DNA of 64,000 nt from assembly GCA_947084965.1 (NCBI GenBank), contig CAMTUG010000001.1, forward strand, positions 276,206 through 340,205, in the 5' to 3' direction. The position numbers and the translations under genes are program-made. Every line of letters begins with the position of its first letter. Positions within the stretch are counted from its first letter, which is position 1. This document shows positions 62,219 through 64,000 of the stretch, piece after piece. This DNA comes from an uncultured Parcubacteria group bacterium. Its GTDB lineage: Bacteria > Patescibacteriota > Patescibacteriia > UBA9934 > CAMTUG01. Under the pieces are notes generated by a model, which was not told where the DNA came from, did no database searches, and worked only from the letters and a program-made list of their open reading frames with translations.

Positions 62219-63334
62219 ATGGAGCGCAGCGGCGAATTTCATACAGGGCAAGCAGATGAAGAACGTCGCCAGGCCGTTGGTGAACATCTTCGCGTGCTTC
62301 ACGAACATCCGATGATCAAAAAGTATCAACCGACCTTGTTGGGCGAAGGGATGCACCACGCCGTCTTTACAGTAGAAAATCAAAAAGGACTTCCTCGGAA
62401 CGTGGTAGCCAAAGTGCGTCGTTGGCACGCCATCAGGTCGATTGAAGAAGCCGGTAATGAAGATTTCCCCAAGGTACTTCAGGAAACGTTAGAACGAGAG
62501 AAAGAAAGCGTTCGTGTGTTTAAAGAGTACTTCGGTCGGGCGGCCCTTGCGGAAAAAGTAATGATACAGAACGTTCCGGTAACGGCAGAGCTTCTTCGGA
62601 CCGCTTCTCCGGAGGACGAGCCGATGGGACGCATCCCTGCCGGAGTGCATGAAGCAGCGACCTTGGTCACCATTCAGGAAAAGGCTCCCGCAGAAGCGTT
62701 TGGTGCCGAATCGATTGGAGTACAAACATTTTATTTGGAAGACCATCCGTATATCATTGATGGCACGGCCTTGGATGATTATCAGACGTTGAATCGTGCG
62801 TTTATCGATAATGTCCCACAGAATGATCCGGCGTTCGCTAGTTCACTTACCCCCGAGGAAGGGGACGCGGCGACGTTGTTTGAACAGATCGACCGTGAAC
62901 CGAAGTTGCGCGAGGCCCTGAGCGAAGTGGTGCGCAATGCTATTCAGTACAGCGCGGAAACAGGTGAGTATCTTGATTTTGTCGGCGATAATAATATTCG
63001 GGTGTATCCGGAGCAAAAAGATGGGGAGAAGCAGTGGAGGGTCGTGTTGATCGATGCACGCGTGTCAGGGAACGTTTTTGGAGAGGGGCGCGCAGCCCTC
63101 AAGAAAATGCTCAATCAGGAACCGCTTAGCGATCGGGAAATTGCGAAAGCCGAAATGGCGATGACGTACACCCGTTTTGTGAATGCTTTGGCGAGCCGAT
63201 TGGGGATGAGCGAACGTCTTACGATCAGCGATCGGCCGGTTGCTGAGCAAGGAGCGTTTTTGATGGGTTACTTCAATATGCTGCGAGAGCATCAGGAGGA
63301 AATGTTGAAAGAGGCCACCGCGCAAGGTGGGTAA
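62219..63334 (+). CDS. Hypothetical protein, possibly atypical protein-kinase-like fold
   Basis: GEGMHHAVFTV...VAKV is Gly-loop/Lys-like and VLIDARVSGN is DFG-like, but both matches are weak. Confidence 0.35.
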   Translation: MERSGEFHTGQADEERRQAVGEHLRVLHEHPMIKKYQPTLLGEGMHHAVFTVENQKGLPRNVVAKVRRWHAIRSIEEAGNEDFPKVLQETLEREKESVRVFKEYFGRAALAEKVMIQNVPVTAELLRTASPEDEPMGRIPAGVHEAATLVTIQEKAPAEAFGAESIGVQTFYLEDHPYIIDGTALDDYQTLNRAFIDNVPQNDPAFASSLTPEEGDAATLFEQIDREPKLREALSEVVRNAIQYSAETGEYLDFVGDNNIRVYPEQKDGEKQWRVVLIDARVSGNVFGEGRAALKKMLNQEPLSDREIAKAEMAMTYTRFVNALASRLGMSERLTISDRPVAEQGAFLMGYFNMLREHQEEMLKEATAQGG

Positions 63335-63361
63335 GGAGATTATTCTTAGGGGTACATCATT

Positions 63362-64000
63362 ATGCAACGCCTGTTCACCGTTCTCTGTATCTGCACGCCG
63401 CTCATGCTTGGTGGATTTGGATGTGAAACAGCGATCGAATCATCGAAGACGTTGACTTCAGATTTTGTGCCGCCAACCGGGAAGGCGAGCAACCCGCCGC
63501 CCGCCAGCGCGGGGGAACGTCGATTGCTCACAGCAACATCGACAGACGGTATGACATTTACTCCCACCGGCGAAGTTTTTACAGATCAGGCTAACGTTTC
63601 TGACATGGTCGTGGCGGATGATGGCACAATCTACGTTTATTACATTGGGCAAGGGGTCGGAATTGAACCGGAATGGACCGTTGTCGCTATCTCGACTGAC
63701 AACGGCGCAACTTGGGTGTACAAACATCTCGTTTTGGAAGATTGGCCATCACAACGTGCCCCGAGCGATCCGGATGTCGTTTTGCTCGAAGATGGCACGT
63801 TCCGTATGTACTACACCGGGGAAGTGAATCCGCGCCCCGACAATCAACTCGGCATCAATTACGGCACCTCAACCGACGGCATTCACTTTACGTACGGCGG
63901 CACAGCGCTCAAAATGGATTTCACCGTCATTGATTCAACAACGTTCTATTTTAATGGGATGTGGCACATGTACGTTCTCGACGAAAAACAGCCGCGGCAA
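63362..64000 (+). CDS. Lipoprotein with predicted beta-propeller (BNR/GH-like) domain, 3'-truncated by window end
   Basis: ATG 63362, signal plus lipobox-like LGGFGC, open to the window end. Repeated TDG/STDG motifs. Confidence 0.45.
   Translation, partial: MQRLFTVLCICTPLMLGGFGCETAIESSKTLTSDFVPPTGKASNPPPASAGERRLLTATSTDGMTFTPTGEVFTDQANVSDMVVADDGTIYVYYIGQGVGIEPEWTVVAISTDNGATWVYKHLVLEDWPSQRAPSDPDVVLLEDGTFRMYYTGEVNPRPDNQLGINYGTSTDGIHFTYGGTALKMDFTVIDSTTFYFNGMWHMYVLDEKQPRQ

Overview
The window has a ~52-53% GC backbone with many overlapping or translationally coupled genes, a layout consistent with a small-genome, Patescibacteria/CPR-like bacterium; this taxonomic guess is inference only.

Backbone content:
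- Cell-wall and division genes: ftsW (partial), murG, uppS, murD, murE, an FtsB/FtsL-like gene, ftsE, ftsX, mraZ, rsmH, an ftsL-like gene, a MraY/WecA-family transferase, murC and murB.
- A minus-strand operon at 20645-27252 encoding RimK ATP-grasp, a MurF-like ligase, an alpha/beta hydrolase, a DegT aminotransferase, FemAB, a membrane protein and a C39-like peptidase.
- Nucleotide-excision-repair genes uvrB, uvrA and uvrC.
- dnaB, recR, ybaB, glyA-folD, rplU, a DEAD-box helicase, a membrane-anchored ClpB-like AAA+ protein and a P-type ATPase.
- Four tRNAs: Lys-TTT, Gly-CCC, Thr-CGT and Gln-TTG.

The most striking observation is at least five dispersed islands with much higher GC and extreme GC3. 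Each is a self-contained unit of near-consensus sigma70 promoter, GGAG-type SD, a 97-190 aa ORF and a hairpin terminator, inserted between or inside backbone operons. One of them sits between the ATP-grasp and Mur-ligase genes of the 20645-27252 operon.

Several repeat families were also read directly from the sequence:
- Two related ~125-nt long-hairpin palindromic elements.
- Two copies of an ~80-nt intergenic hairpin element.
- Two heptamer-repeat inverted-repeat elements.
- A duplicated tRNA-Lys 3' end plus terminator.
- A promoter/terminator-bounded candidate ncRNA containing a tRNA-like T-arm.

All functional calls rest on motifs I recognise by eye. No database search was run.
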